DNA from: Oceanispirochaeta sp.
GTDB lineage: Bacteria; Spirochaetota; Spirochaetia; DSM-2461
NCBI GenBank assembly: GCA_963666275.2
Contig: CAXXOA010000001.1
Location: 1,760,001 to 1,824,000 of the forward strand
DNA: 64,000 nt
Direction: 5' to 3'
Position numbers and translations under genes: made by a program. Below, piece after piece: positions 27,765 through 36,512 of this stretch (its first letter is position 1; every line of letters starts with the position of its first letter). The notes below the pieces were generated by a model. It saw only the letters and a program-made list of their open reading frames with translations, searched no databases and was not told the DNA's origin.

Positions 27765-28378
27765 TGGTTCAGATTGATAAATATGATGATGTCATACTTC
27801 CTCTGATCATATCCAAGCTTAGGGACAAAGAAAAATTCAGAGGGATGGTGAGTATTGGTAATGCCAGGGCTGACACAATGGAAACAGCTATGGTTTCTCT
27901 GATAAATGACTCACTGGAAAACTCTTCTGGTGTTCAGTTGGATATAGCCGGTGAAATTGTCGGGATGGAAAGAGGGAACCGGGATGATGAATCCTACAGG
28001 TCTCTGATCTTTCTGAAGATACTGATCAATATCAGCAGCGGAGAACCGGAAACACTTATCCAGGCTATCAAGCAGCTGTATGGTGCCAGTGATGTGGATT
28101 ATCATCCTGTATACCCTGCAAAAGTTCGAGTCTGGCAGGATGGAGAGTTTGGAATTTTCATCACCTATGACATGGATAGTGTTTCCGGAGATGAATTGGC
28201 TTTTATGGACGGGAATACTTTTCTAGGTAGAACGGTGGATGAATCTTCACAGGATCTTCTGGTGGGATTGCTTCCATCCGGAGTGGATTTGATGCTGGCT
28301 CATACAGTAATAGACCAGAAAGATAATGAGCTGGCTTTTTTAGATGGGAATGACCTTATAGGAGTTTTATATGAGTAG
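27764..28378 (+). CDS. Baseplate protein (DUF2612/gp48-like)
   Basis: GVQLDIAGEIVG..R...DDESYR. Confidence 0.75.
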   Translation: MVQIDKYDDVILPLIISKLRDKEKFRGMVSIGNARADTMETAMVSLINDSLENSSGVQLDIAGEIVGMERGNRDDESYRSLIFLKILINISSGEPETLIQAIKQLYGASDVDYHPVYPAKVRVWQDGEFGIFITYDMDSVSGDELAFMDGNTFLGRTVDESSQDLLVGLLPSGVDLMLAHTVIDQKDNELAFLDGNDLIGVLYE

Positions 28379-29111
28379 AAAGACGGTACTGGAATACCCA
28401 GCGGAATCCTCTCCTGGGGATAGTAATATTCTTTACCTGGTAAACGGGCTAACAGACAGGAATATAACGCTCCGGAAATTGAAGGATTATATCCTTGGAA
28501 GTGTTAACCGCTTGGTAAAAGACACCCCGGAAACAGACTCGGATACGGTGCTTACAGCTAATGGCGTGAATAATCTGATTGCCCGAGTTGGGAAGCTTTA
28601 TGTTCAATATCCCTTTATGCCGACTCCGGATGAATTCTATGGAGTTGGCTCTTGGTTGAATATATCAACAAGAGCTGTTGGTTATGGGATTTCCGATACA
28701 AACAGCGGCGATCCAACCAGTTATATTAGCAGGGAAGCTGCTGGTCAGGGGATGGACTTTGCAGATACGGATTTAGCTGTGGATGATCAGATTTCAGGTG
28801 GAACTTATGACGGAAAGTATATCCGGTCGGTCGAGAGTTATTCTGGATTGTTTTTTCGTGTGGAAGGGGGGAACGCTACAGGATTTGAACAAGAAATACA
28901 ATTAGATCAATTACAAGATCATGATCATTATATTTTAGGGCGCTTCAGAGATACTACTTCAGGTGCATCAGCACAATATAAAGGTCTTAATGCTGGTGGA
29001 ACTTATAATTCGAATCAACACACAGATGGATTGTTTGGTAGTAATGCTAGGTATGGAGAAGAGACGAATCCAATAAACAGATCAAATCGTATTTGGTTAA
29101 GGACGGCATAA
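28371..29111 (+). CDS. Short tail fibre/receptor-binding protein
   Basis: Position; GLFFRVEGG, QDHDH, ETNPINRS..IW collar-like motifs. Confidence 0.7.
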   Translation: MSRKTVLEYPAESSPGDSNILYLVNGLTDRNITLRKLKDYILGSVNRLVKDTPETDSDTVLTANGVNNLIARVGKLYVQYPFMPTPDEFYGVGSWLNISTRAVGYGISDTNSGDPTSYISREAAGQGMDFADTDLAVDDQISGGTYDGKYIRSVESYSGLFFRVEGGNATGFEQEIQLDQLQDHDHYILGRFRDTTSGASAQYKGLNAGGTYNSNQHTDGLFGSNARYGEETNPINRSNRIWLRTA

Positions 29112-29638
29112 TGGAATATATATTCAATCACGATGGAAAGATTCAACATAGCTGTGGAGCGACTCTCCCCAAAGGGGCCATAAAAGTAACTGGGTGGAAT
29201 GGCACTCCTGGAGAACCCTGGGAGTGGTATAAAAAAGGTATTCGGATATCTGATGATGAATTGGTGGCTGATGGTCTCCGGAAGGATTATCGGGGGACCT
29301 ATTATGATCAGGATAAACAAGAGCACAAGATCAACGCCTTAGACAAGGAGCCTGAACCCACATGGACAAAAGAAAACTGGTCACACAATACCGATGTTCT
29401 CGATCTGGAGACTATGACTTGGAAAGAAGACGCTAAAGCCAAGTCTAAATTCGAGAATGCTATCCTCAGAGGCAAAAGAGCATCCGAGTTCTCCCAGTTT
29501 GATAAATACCAGCTGCCTCTTCTCTGGGCAAACCTGACAGAATCTCAACAAACAGAATATACCGAGTGGAGAAACGCCTGGTTAAACGCACCTGAAACAA
29601 AGATTCAGCCTGAGCGGCCAGTGTGGTTTCAGAGATAG
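29111..29638 (+). CDS. Tail fibre assembly chaperone
   Basis: C-terminal W..LTE.QQ.EY..WR.AWL..P pattern. Confidence 0.7.
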   Translation: MEYIFNHDGKIQHSCGATLPKGAIKVTGWNGTPGEPWEWYKKGIRISDDELVADGLRKDYRGTYYDQDKQEHKINALDKEPEPTWTKENWSHNTDVLDLETMTWKEDAKAKSKFENAILRGKRASEFSQFDKYQLPLLWANLTESQQTEYTEWRNAWLNAPETKIQPERPVWFQR

Positions 29639-29702
29639 CCATGTTGGTTTTTGGGAATTGAGTTCTCCCATTTTATCAACTGGGAGGATCGGGAGGGGAA
29701 TA

Positions 29703-29960
29703 TTGAGTGATGATGAACTGAAAGAAATCCGACCAACTTGCCGGGAAAGGTTTCTGGAGCTAGAACGTGACATGATGGGAGTTCCAGGAGATGAGTATGG
29801 AATACGGAGGAAAGTAGGAGTGATGTGGACGGCTCATTTGAAAAGGAAAGAAACAGAAACTATCAAAAAAGTTGCATGGGATAAGTTACTGCAAACTGGA
29901 TTGGCATTACTGCAGTCAGGATTACTGGTGTATTGGATTTCTGGAGGCAGGGCTTCATGA
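29703..29960 (+). CDS. Small protein with a C-terminal TM segment (lysis module)
   Basis: GGAGG RBS before the TTG at 29703; hydrophobic C-terminus. Confidence 0.55.
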   Translation: MSDDELKEIRPTCRERFLELERDMMGVPGDEYGIRRKVGVMWTAHLKRKETETIKKVAWDKLLQTGLALLQSGLLVYWISGGRAS

Positions 29961-30511
29961 TCTGGCCATGTCCTGGAAATACTCATATAACAACGCCCTG
30001 GGATGATCCCAGACCAGTTTCTAATCCAGGTAAACATGTTCATGGTGGAATTGATATAGGAACTCCCATTGGATCCACAATCGTTGCTCCTGAAGATGGT
30101 GGGCTGTACCTGTACTTTTCCATCCGGAAGGAAAGCGGTCAGTATTGGCCATCTGGTGAGATGAGTGACTTCCCTTACAGGAATTACTTTTATGATATGT
30201 TCGGCGGAATTGCTGTCCTCCGGGGGAAGTCAGGACTGATCCACTTGTTTGCTCATCTTTATATGAATCCGATGCATAATAAAAACAGGCATGACTGGGT
30301 TTACATAGAGCAGAAAAAGGATACTCGATTCCCTATTTTCTGTTTAATGGCCGGGGAGATACAAGTAAAAGCAGGAGAGAAAATTGGGGAGTCCGGGAAT
30401 AGCGGGTTTTCATCAGGACCGCATATTCATTATGAAACTCATTATGGTTTCAGGTGGCAGAATTGGGGGGATCGTCCAGATCCGGAGAAATTTAACTGGG
30501 AGGTAGCATAA
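29957..30511 (+). CDS. M23 peptidase endolysin
   Basis: HGGID and GNSGFSSGPHIH zinc motifs; adjacent to the holin. Confidence 0.85.
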   Translation: MIWPCPGNTHITTPWDDPRPVSNPGKHVHGGIDIGTPIGSTIVAPEDGGLYLYFSIRKESGQYWPSGEMSDFPYRNYFYDMFGGIAVLRGKSGLIHLFAHLYMNPMHNKNRHDWVYIEQKKDTRFPIFCLMAGEIQVKAGEKIGESGNSGFSSGPHIHYETHYGFRWQNWGDRPDPEKFNWEVA

Positions 30512-30924
30512 TGGGGTTGTTTGGGAAAATATTTCAAGCTGGTGGTGACACCATTAAAGGAACTCTGGAAGGGGCTGGAGAACTGGCAAAAGATGTCAGG
30601 ACTGCTATTACCGGGGAGATTCCAGCAGAAAAACGGGCTGAAATAGAAAGTAAGCTATTTGAGATTGAAGCAAATATCAAGAAATCTCAATCTGAGATTA
30701 TTATTGCTGAAGCAAAAGGAGAGAGCTGGCTGCAGAGAAATTGGCGGCCAATGGTTATGCTGTTTTTCGCAGTCCTCATCGGAATGACGTTTTTCGGGCT
30801 ACGACCGGAAGGAGTTACGGATGAGATTTTTATCGAGCTTATGGGACTTTTAAAAATAGGTCTTGGAGGGTATGTTATTGGTCAGAGTGCAGAGGTGATT
30901 GCGGATAAGTGGAATAAACAATAA
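30511..30924 (+). CDS. Holin (3TM/GTA-type)
   Basis: AEAKGESWLQRNWRP; LGGYVIG. Confidence 0.8.
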   Translation: MGLFGKIFQAGGDTIKGTLEGAGELAKDVRTAITGEIPAEKRAEIESKLFEIEANIKKSQSEIIIAEAKGESWLQRNWRPMVMLFFAVLIGMTFFGLRPEGVTDEIFIELMGLLKIGLGGYVIGQSAEVIADKWNKQ

Positions 30925-30933
30925 TCATATTGA

Positions 30934-31575
30934 TCAATAATTATTTAGGAATTTTTCAGCCATATCTTTCCCGCATAAGGTAAAGTGACTTGCCCATAAA
31001 TGATAAAGATCACGCCGATTGTAATCGGTAGTATCGTGAAGTATTAACCCAAGCTCTTGTGCGAGTTTTGCTTGTTCTGCTCTTATTAGATCCATATTGG
31101 CTTGACTTGCTGCATACTCTTCAGCTTGATTTATCTGTACTTGTGCAATTTCTGTTGGTAACTCATCCAAATCAAAATAATTTTTAAGATATGTATAGAG
31201 TCCAATAAATCTTTCATTGTATTGCGCAGCAAGATCCGGTTTATCATCAGCTTCACCCTGAAACCAAAAAAGTCCAGCTATCCTATACTTTTCAAGATTT
31301 TGTTCCTCTATTGAGCTTTCTACTTTTGCAATATCTTCTATAAGATTATTTTGAATTCCATCATTATACCATTGTGTTATTGAATCTCCTGGATGCTTTT
31401 GATGAATAACAACTATGCTTGGATCATATTCGGTTAATACCTCTCGAATCCCATCAGCCCACATTTCATGAGCATTGGATTGGCCAAAGCATAAATATAC
31501 CTCGGTTGTATTATGAGAAAAATTACATGACATAATTAATAGCGAGATCAGTATGAATAAGAACAATTGTTTCAT
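30934..31575 (-). CDS. SGNH acetylesterase (SASA/CE6-like) lipoprotein, accessory gene
   Basis: Lipobox LIMSC; GQSNA, WFQGEAD, DLYH motifs; AT-rich; opposite strand to the late genes. Confidence 0.8.
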   Translation of the reverse strand: MKQLFLFILISLLIMSCNFSHNTTEVYLCFGQSNAHEMWADGIREVLTEYDPSIVVIHQKHPGDSITQWYNDGIQNNLIEDIAKVESSIEEQNLEKYRIAGLFWFQGEADDKPDLAAQYNERFIGLYTYLKNYFDLDELPTEIAQVQINQAEEYAASQANMDLIRAEQAKLAQELGLILHDTTDYNRRDLYHLWASHFTLCGKDMAEKFLNNY

Positions 31576-31782
31576 AAGAAATAAAGTATCAGATGTAGTA
31601 GAAATAAACAATTTCCTGACTTAATGAAAACAAAAGATCAGCATTTATTGATAATAATCTGGTAGATAAATGGTTGACAGTATGATAGTTAAGAATTGTC
31701 TTTATTTCTGATTTAATTGCTGCAAAATAGGAATATAATTTGGTTATAGACAGTTGTTTTCTATAATAAGACATCTTTAATG

Positions 31783-31798
31783 CCGGTCACCGGCACGA
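31783..31798 (+). repeat. attR-like copy of a tRNA 3' end
   Basis: CCGGT-CACCGGC-A fits a 3' T-stem, acceptor strand and discriminator; 12 bp repeated at 35767-35778. Confidence 0.6.
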
Positions 31799-31799
31799 G

Positions 31800-31843
31800 A
31801 AAAAAGGCTGATTTAATGCTACGCAGTAAATCAGCCTTTTTTT
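31800..31843. terminator. Bidirectional intrinsic terminator
   Basis: AAAAAAGGCTGATTTA...TAAATCAGCCTTTTTT. Confidence 0.85.
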
Positions 31844-31941
31844 ATGACCTGTCATATTAAACTCACCAGAAAAAATCAAACGTTCCAATCTTAAAAGCAT
31901 ACGACGATGAACTAAAAATGCTCGCTCCCAAAGCCTACTAA

Positions 31942-32340
31942 CTGTATGATATAGATGGCTACCGCATCAAAAAACAGAACAAATCAGGCCAGGAAACCCA
32001 CTTCCTGTTCGATACATCAGGAAAGGTTCTGGAGGAGATAAACCTGGAAACAGGAGAGGTCATCAGTTCGGTATTTCTCAAAAGCCGCCATCTGGCCAGG
32101 GTCACAGAAGAGGAAACTCTCTTTTACGGCACCGACCATCAGGGTTCCACGGTTCTGCTTACCGATCAGACTGGCAAAATGGTCTGGTCGGGAGAGGCAA
32201 CGCCCTTCGGAGACGGTGTGGTCAGGAAATCTGGGAACCGGCCGGATCTTGATGTGAAGTTTACAGGGAAGGATCTGGATGAGGATACGGGGCTGTATTA
32301 CTTTAATGCCAGCTATGATAGGTGCTTATGGTTTAGTTAA
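31942..32340 (+). pseudogene. Truncated Rhs core fragment, near-copy of 33666-34033
   Basis: 368-bp collinear repeat; in-frame TAA before it and no start; breaks off after GLYYFNA. Confidence 0.85.
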
Positions 32341-32445
32341 AATATACTGGAAGAAATAGGCAATCTGTATTTGACAATGTTAAACAAACTATTAAGCCAT
32401 TGAGTGTAGATGTAGCTAAAAATATTCAACGACCAAGGTATTGAT

Positions 32446-32676
32446 ATGATGGATATACTTATTCTTATAATAGCTGGATTAATAAATTTTCTAGGTTGTA
32501 TTTATTTAGTATTTTTCAGTCCAAAAAAAATTGAAAGGGAGAGAATAGATCTTGATAATCTTTCAAAGAAAAAAATAATAAAAAATATATCTATTATGGG
32601 CAATATTGGAATTGTTGTAGGTTTTGGACTTTTTATATTGGCCGGTATTGCTTTTCTATATGAAAGACTATCATAA
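32446..32676 (+). CDS. 76-aa two-TM protein, cassette-like
   Basis: Very AT-rich; its stop lies inside the TCATAAC of an attC-like site. Confidence 0.65.
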   Translation: MMDILILIIAGLINFLGCIYLVFFSPKKIERERIDLDNLSKKKIIKNISIMGNIGIVVGFGLFILAGIAFLYERLS

Positions 32677-32750
32677 CCATGAGCTCACCTCCCCAACTGC
32701 TGAATTATCCATACTGGATCCAGTAAAAACGGTCAGGTGCAGCGTTCATG
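32671..32750 (+). other. Degenerate integron attC-like site
   Basis: TCATAAC-CATGA-GCTCACCT...AGGTGCAGC-GTTCAT-G; R' lost after the G. Confidence 0.55.
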
Positions 32751-32760
32751 AAGTAACGTT

Positions 32761-33090
32761 TCAAATACAAAGAATCTGATGTTCTTCTAAGAAATTATGA
32801 TCTTCTTCCAGCAATTGTAGGAATCGGGAAGCAGGTCCCTGTGGTTTGTTCCTTCCGGATTCCCAAGCTTCAACAGTTTTGACCGAGACCCCGATTGCTT
32901 CGGCAAAAATCATCTGGGAAAGATTCAGAGATTCCCGGATCTGTTTTATTTTATTTGCATTGTATTCCGGCACAGGAGACACCGTTAATTTTCGTCTTTT
33001 TGCCGGTTTCAGATTCCCTTTGCTGACTTCCAGGGCTTCATTCAGCCCTGTCATTATTGAATCAAAATAGCTGTTTTCTTTATTTTTCAT
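32761..33090 (-). CDS. HTH antitoxin (HigA-like)
   Basis: IKQIRESLNLSQMIFA...TVEAWESGRNKP.GPA. Confidence 0.88.
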   Translation of the reverse strand: MKNKENSYFDSIMTGLNEALEVSKGNLKPAKRRKLTVSPVPEYNANKIKQIRESLNLSQMIFAEAIGVSVKTVEAWESGRNKPQGPASRFLQLLEEDHNFLEEHQILCI

Positions 33091-33439
33091 CCTTGCCTCC
33101 CTGTTTTCTCAGGTTTGCCTTTATCTGTTCTATAGCTGATTTAATCAGCTTCTTTTCTGAGGGAGAAAGATTTGGTTTCTCACTCTTTTTGAAGCAGGCA
33201 ATCATGTAAATCTGTTCAAAGTAGGCAAAATCAACATAAAGGGTCCTTACACTTCCGCTTTTTCCCTTCCCGGGCAGTGCCCACCGCAGTTTTCTCAGTC
33301 CGCCTGTACCCTGAATCATATCTCCAGCCTCTGGATGCTCACAAAGAAAGACTTCCAGTTCTTTCAGCTCTTCGTCAGTTAGTCTGGCATCGGTCCATTG
33401 TTTTTCAAAATTAGGCATGTAGACAAATTCACGAGTCAT
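33080..33439 (-). CDS. RelE/HigB-family toxin
   Basis: PEAGDMIQGTGGLRKLRW...GKSG..R; toxin upstream of antitoxin. Confidence 0.9.
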   Translation of the reverse strand: MTREFVYMPNFEKQWTDARLTDEELKELEVFLCEHPEAGDMIQGTGGLRKLRWALPGKGKSGSVRTLYVDFAYFEQIYMIACFKKSEKPNLSPSEKKLIKSAIEQIKANLRKQGGKDEK

Positions 33440-33445
33440 AAATTA

Positions 33446-33475
33446 ATACTACACCCCTATACAGTAGGGTGTCAA
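33446..33475 (-). promoter_or_regulatory. TA promoter with a palindromic operator; leaderless mRNA
   Basis: Minus strand TTGACA-18-TAGTAT, 6 nt before the ATG; ACACCC/GGGTGT inverted repeat. Confidence 0.7.
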
Positions 33476-33653
33476 TATTTCCTTTCTTAGAGCTGATAAT
33501 TATAGGTTTTTATGATATGAAGCAATATGATGTTTCAAATACAAAAAATCTGATTTTCTGCCAGGAAAGTATGATCTTTTCCAGCAGTTGAAGGAACTGT
33601 GAATCAGAATCCTATTATAAAAATACAGAAGTTCTCTAAAATTACTCACTCCT

Positions 33654-34973
33654 TTGTATTATCCCCTGTATGATAGAAACCGTTACCGCATCAAAAAACA
33701 GAACAAAGCGGGCCAGGAAACCCACTTCCTGTTCGATACATCAGGAAAGGTTCTGGAGGAGATAAACCTGGAAACAGGAGAGGTCATCAGTTCGGTATTT
33801 CTCAAAAGCCGCCATCTTGCCAGAGTCACAGAAGAGGAGACCCTGTTTTACGGCACCGACCATCAGGGTTCCACGGTTCTGGTTACCGATGAGGCTGGCA
33901 TAATGGTCTGGTCGGGAGAGGCGACGCCCTTCGGGGACGGTGTGGTCAGGAAATCGGGGAACCGGCCGGATCTTGATTTGAAGTATACAGGGAAGGATCT
34001 GGATGAGGATACGGGGCTGTATTACTTTAATGCAAGGTGGTATGATGCGGGGACGGGGAGATTCATATCTGAAGACCCCGCCAGGGATGGCTCAAATTGG
34101 TTTATTTATGTTTCAAATAATCCTTTGAAATTCACTGATCCAACAGGTTTATGGCGTACCCGAGAAGAGAGGCAGGCTGACCGTCAGGAAAGAAGAGATA
34201 GAAGAGAAGCAAGACGAGAACAAAGAAGCAATGATAGGGCTAAGGAAAATCTTGATAAAGCTAATGAGCAATTTGGAAAAGCTCAGAATGCTAGAACTGC
34301 GCTGGGTAGAAGATGGCATGCTTCTCGTGGAAGAATGTTTCAGGGATATGGAACACAACATATACAAAATAATTTGAATGAAGGTAGGCAAGTATCAGAT
34401 TCCGTATATGAAGCTTGGGGTAAATCATTTGAAGCTATGACTAACCTTTATGGTGAACAAGGTTCAGATTCTGCTTCTTCTGATTCTAGTGGTATTGGTT
34501 ATTATGATGGCTATATGCTTCAAGGAAACTCTAAGATGCCAGGGATGGCAAGAGAGGCATGTTTCTTTCGAACATACCAATCAATGGCAGAGCATTATCT
34601 GGGTGAAGCATTGACTGCTTTAGATATTGCAAAGTCTTATTTCTCACTAAGAAAATCAGGAGATATTGAAATGGGATATTTTGTACGGCAACCAGTGAAC
34701 GTGATTAATGATGCACTTCAAAGATTAGGAGCTGGTGATTTAGAGGCTATATATCTCGGGTCTGGTAGCTATTCTGATGATATGAAAATCCCTTCCGGAA
34801 CAACATACTTACGACTTGTCGGAAACCATCAGACTGATTCGTCAAAAGTTCATTCAGTTTTGGGGGATGCTACTGGTACGCCAATTTGGGACCCATCAAC
34901 CGGAGAGCCTCTGGAGAGCAGACATTATTTCCGTTGGAGTGCATTCGAAATTAAAAGGAGAGGATTCTATTAA
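33654..34973 (+). CDS. Rhs repeat-associated core plus C-terminal toxin domain (orphan module)
   Basis: YTGKDLDEDTGLYYFNARWYD..GRFISEDP; NNPLKFTDPTGL cleavage motif; AT-richer C-terminus. Confidence 0.9.
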   Translation: MYYPLYDRNRYRIKKQNKAGQETHFLFDTSGKVLEEINLETGEVISSVFLKSRHLARVTEEETLFYGTDHQGSTVLVTDEAGIMVWSGEATPFGDGVVRKSGNRPDLDLKYTGKDLDEDTGLYYFNARWYDAGTGRFISEDPARDGSNWFIYVSNNPLKFTDPTGLWRTREERQADRQERRDRREARREQRSNDRAKENLDKANEQFGKAQNARTALGRRWHASRGRMFQGYGTQHIQNNLNEGRQVSDSVYEAWGKSFEAMTNLYGEQGSDSASSDSSGIGYYDGYMLQGNSKMPGMAREACFFRTYQSMAEHYLGEALTALDIAKSYFSLRKSGDIEMGYFVRQPVNVINDALQRLGAGDLEAIYLGSGSYSDDMKIPSGTTYLRLVGNHQTDSSKVHSVLGDATGTPIWDPSTGEPLESRHYFRWSAFEIKRRGFY

Positions 34974-34996
34974 AATATAGAACTAGGAGTATTATC

Positions 34997-35515
34997 GTGA
35001 GACGGCAATTATTTATTATTTATTTTGCAACAATTTCTATTTTAGCTTGTACTTCTGAGGATTTTTCAGAGGAAGAGTATATTGATAAATCAATTGAACT
35101 TATTGGTAGCTGGCAGGGAGATCAAAGTCAGAATTTTAATTTTGAAAAAGATACTATATGGGGTAGAGCAAAACTATCTTGGTACTGGCCACCGAACTCA
35201 TTTTATTTTGATTATATTGATGAGCGATGGGAACTGATTATTGCAGATAATGGAGCGTTTCAAATTGAAGAAGTTAATACTAGTATTGACTCAATCTCTT
35301 TATATCTAAAAATCAAACCCACAAATTCATCACAAATAATCGAAGGGTGGGTTAATTTTCACTTTATAGAAGATGGGAAATTATGGATTGAAATAGAAGA
35401 AAATAGCCTAATATTTCCCGCAGCAGATTTATGCGGACAGGATAACATTTATTATAGAACTTCAGGACCGACAGAGGCATTTAAAAGATCCTTTAGCAAT
35501 ACTCCAGGAATATAG
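34997..35515 (+). CDS. Lipoprotein, probable immunity protein
   Basis: AGGAG RBS; lipobox ILAC; directly after the Rhs toxin. Confidence 0.7.
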   Translation: MRRQLFIIYFATISILACTSEDFSEEEYIDKSIELIGSWQGDQSQNFNFEKDTIWGRAKLSWYWPPNSFYFDYIDERWELIIADNGAFQIEEVNTSIDSISLYLKIKPTNSSQIIEGWVNFHFIEDGKLWIEIEENSLIFPAADLCGQDNIYYRTSGPTEAFKRSFSNTPGI

Positions 35516-35678
35516 ATGTTTTTAACAGTATACAACATCTTTATGACGGTCCTGATTTATAGAAAAAATGGAATAATAAGGAAAATTTGTATAACAAATA
35601 TTAAAACTTATGCATCTAAAAATATCGAAAAAGAGCTTTTTTGGATAAATAAAAATATTGTATTCCGTGTAATGAATT

Positions 35679-35736
35679 TCATAACACCTATGCTCACCTG
35701 CAGGCTTGCCTGTCTGGTGCAGCATCTATGTTATGT
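35679..35736 (+). other. Integron attC-like site (58 bp)
   Basis: TCATAAC-N5-TGCTCACC...GGTGCAGCA-N5-GTTATGT, with one extrahelical base. Confidence 0.72.
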
Positions 35737-35766
35737 AGGGGCAGGAATATCGAATTCACTTTCTGA

Positions 35767-35778
35767 TCACCGGCACGA
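35767..35778 (+). repeat. Second att-like copy TCACCGGCACGA marking the islet end
   Basis: Identical to 31787-31798; host genes resume downstream. Confidence 0.6.
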
Positions 35779-36006
35779 TAAATCCATCTTTCCACTTTCG
35801 TGAAATTTTACCGAATTTTCATTCGACAAAATCACAATCATCAGTATAAAATACTCCGGGAAAATTGCTTTCTTCCCGTGGTTGTAAGCTCCTTGAAATC
35901 AGATTTATCAAAGAGTATTTTAAGGGATCTTCATAGAAAAACCACAGGGTTTATCCCATATTTCTGGAGAAATACCGTAAAATATCAGTAAAAGTGAAAG
36001 GATTTT

Positions 36007-36498
36007 ATGGGACAGTTAAAATTTAAAAATTCCGAAGCCGCCGATTCATCAACCCGGCAGGAAGGATACTGGAATATCCTGATTGTTGACGATGATCCGG
36101 AAATACATATTATGAGCCGCCTGGTCATGAAAGACTGGAAATACAGGGATCAGGGATTCAATCTGCTTTTTGCCAGTTCTTCCGCTCAGGCTAAAAAGAT
36201 TCTTCAGGAGGAAGACAGGGAGATTTCTCTGATCCTGCTGGATGTGGTCATGGAAAATGACAATTCAGGTCTTGATCTTGTCAGATACATAAGAGATATT
36301 CTAAAAAACCCGTTTGTACAGATTATTCTGCGGACCGGTCAGCCCGGAAAGGCTCCGGTTAGAAAAGTTATTACCGAATATGATATAAATGATTATAGAG
36401 AAAAGAATGAATTGACCGCAGATAAACTGTTTGTCACGGTTACGGCAGCACTCAGAAGTTATGAGCTGCTGCAGAAAGCACTTAAAAAAAATATTTGA
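36007..36498 (+). CDS. Response regulator receiver protein
   Basis: ILIVDDD; LLDVVME; RTGQPG. Confidence 0.9.
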   Translation: MGQLKFKNSEAADSSTRQEGYWNILIVDDDPEIHIMSRLVMKDWKYRDQGFNLLFASSSAQAKKILQEEDREISLILLDVVMENDNSGLDLVRYIRDILKNPFVQIILRTGQPGKAPVRKVITEYDINDYREKNELTADKLFVTVTAALRSYELLQKALKKNI

Positions 36499-36512
36499 AA
36501 TGAGGCATACCA

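Larger units (their letters stand above)
1..31798. mobile_element. Temperate prophage (HK97-type head, contractile tail); left end outside the window
   Basis: Contiguous immunity, early, packaging, head, tail, baseplate and lysis modules, ending at an att-like tRNA 3'-end repeat at 31783-31798. Confidence 0.93.

Noticed and set aside
28371..31800. Diversity-generating retroelement or invertible fibre cassette
   Set aside because: No reverse transcriptase, template repeat or invertase seen
35516..35991. ORFs 35516-35803 and 35800-35991
   Set aside because: No RBS; the first reads through the attC and att sites; probably cassette debris or intergenic DNA
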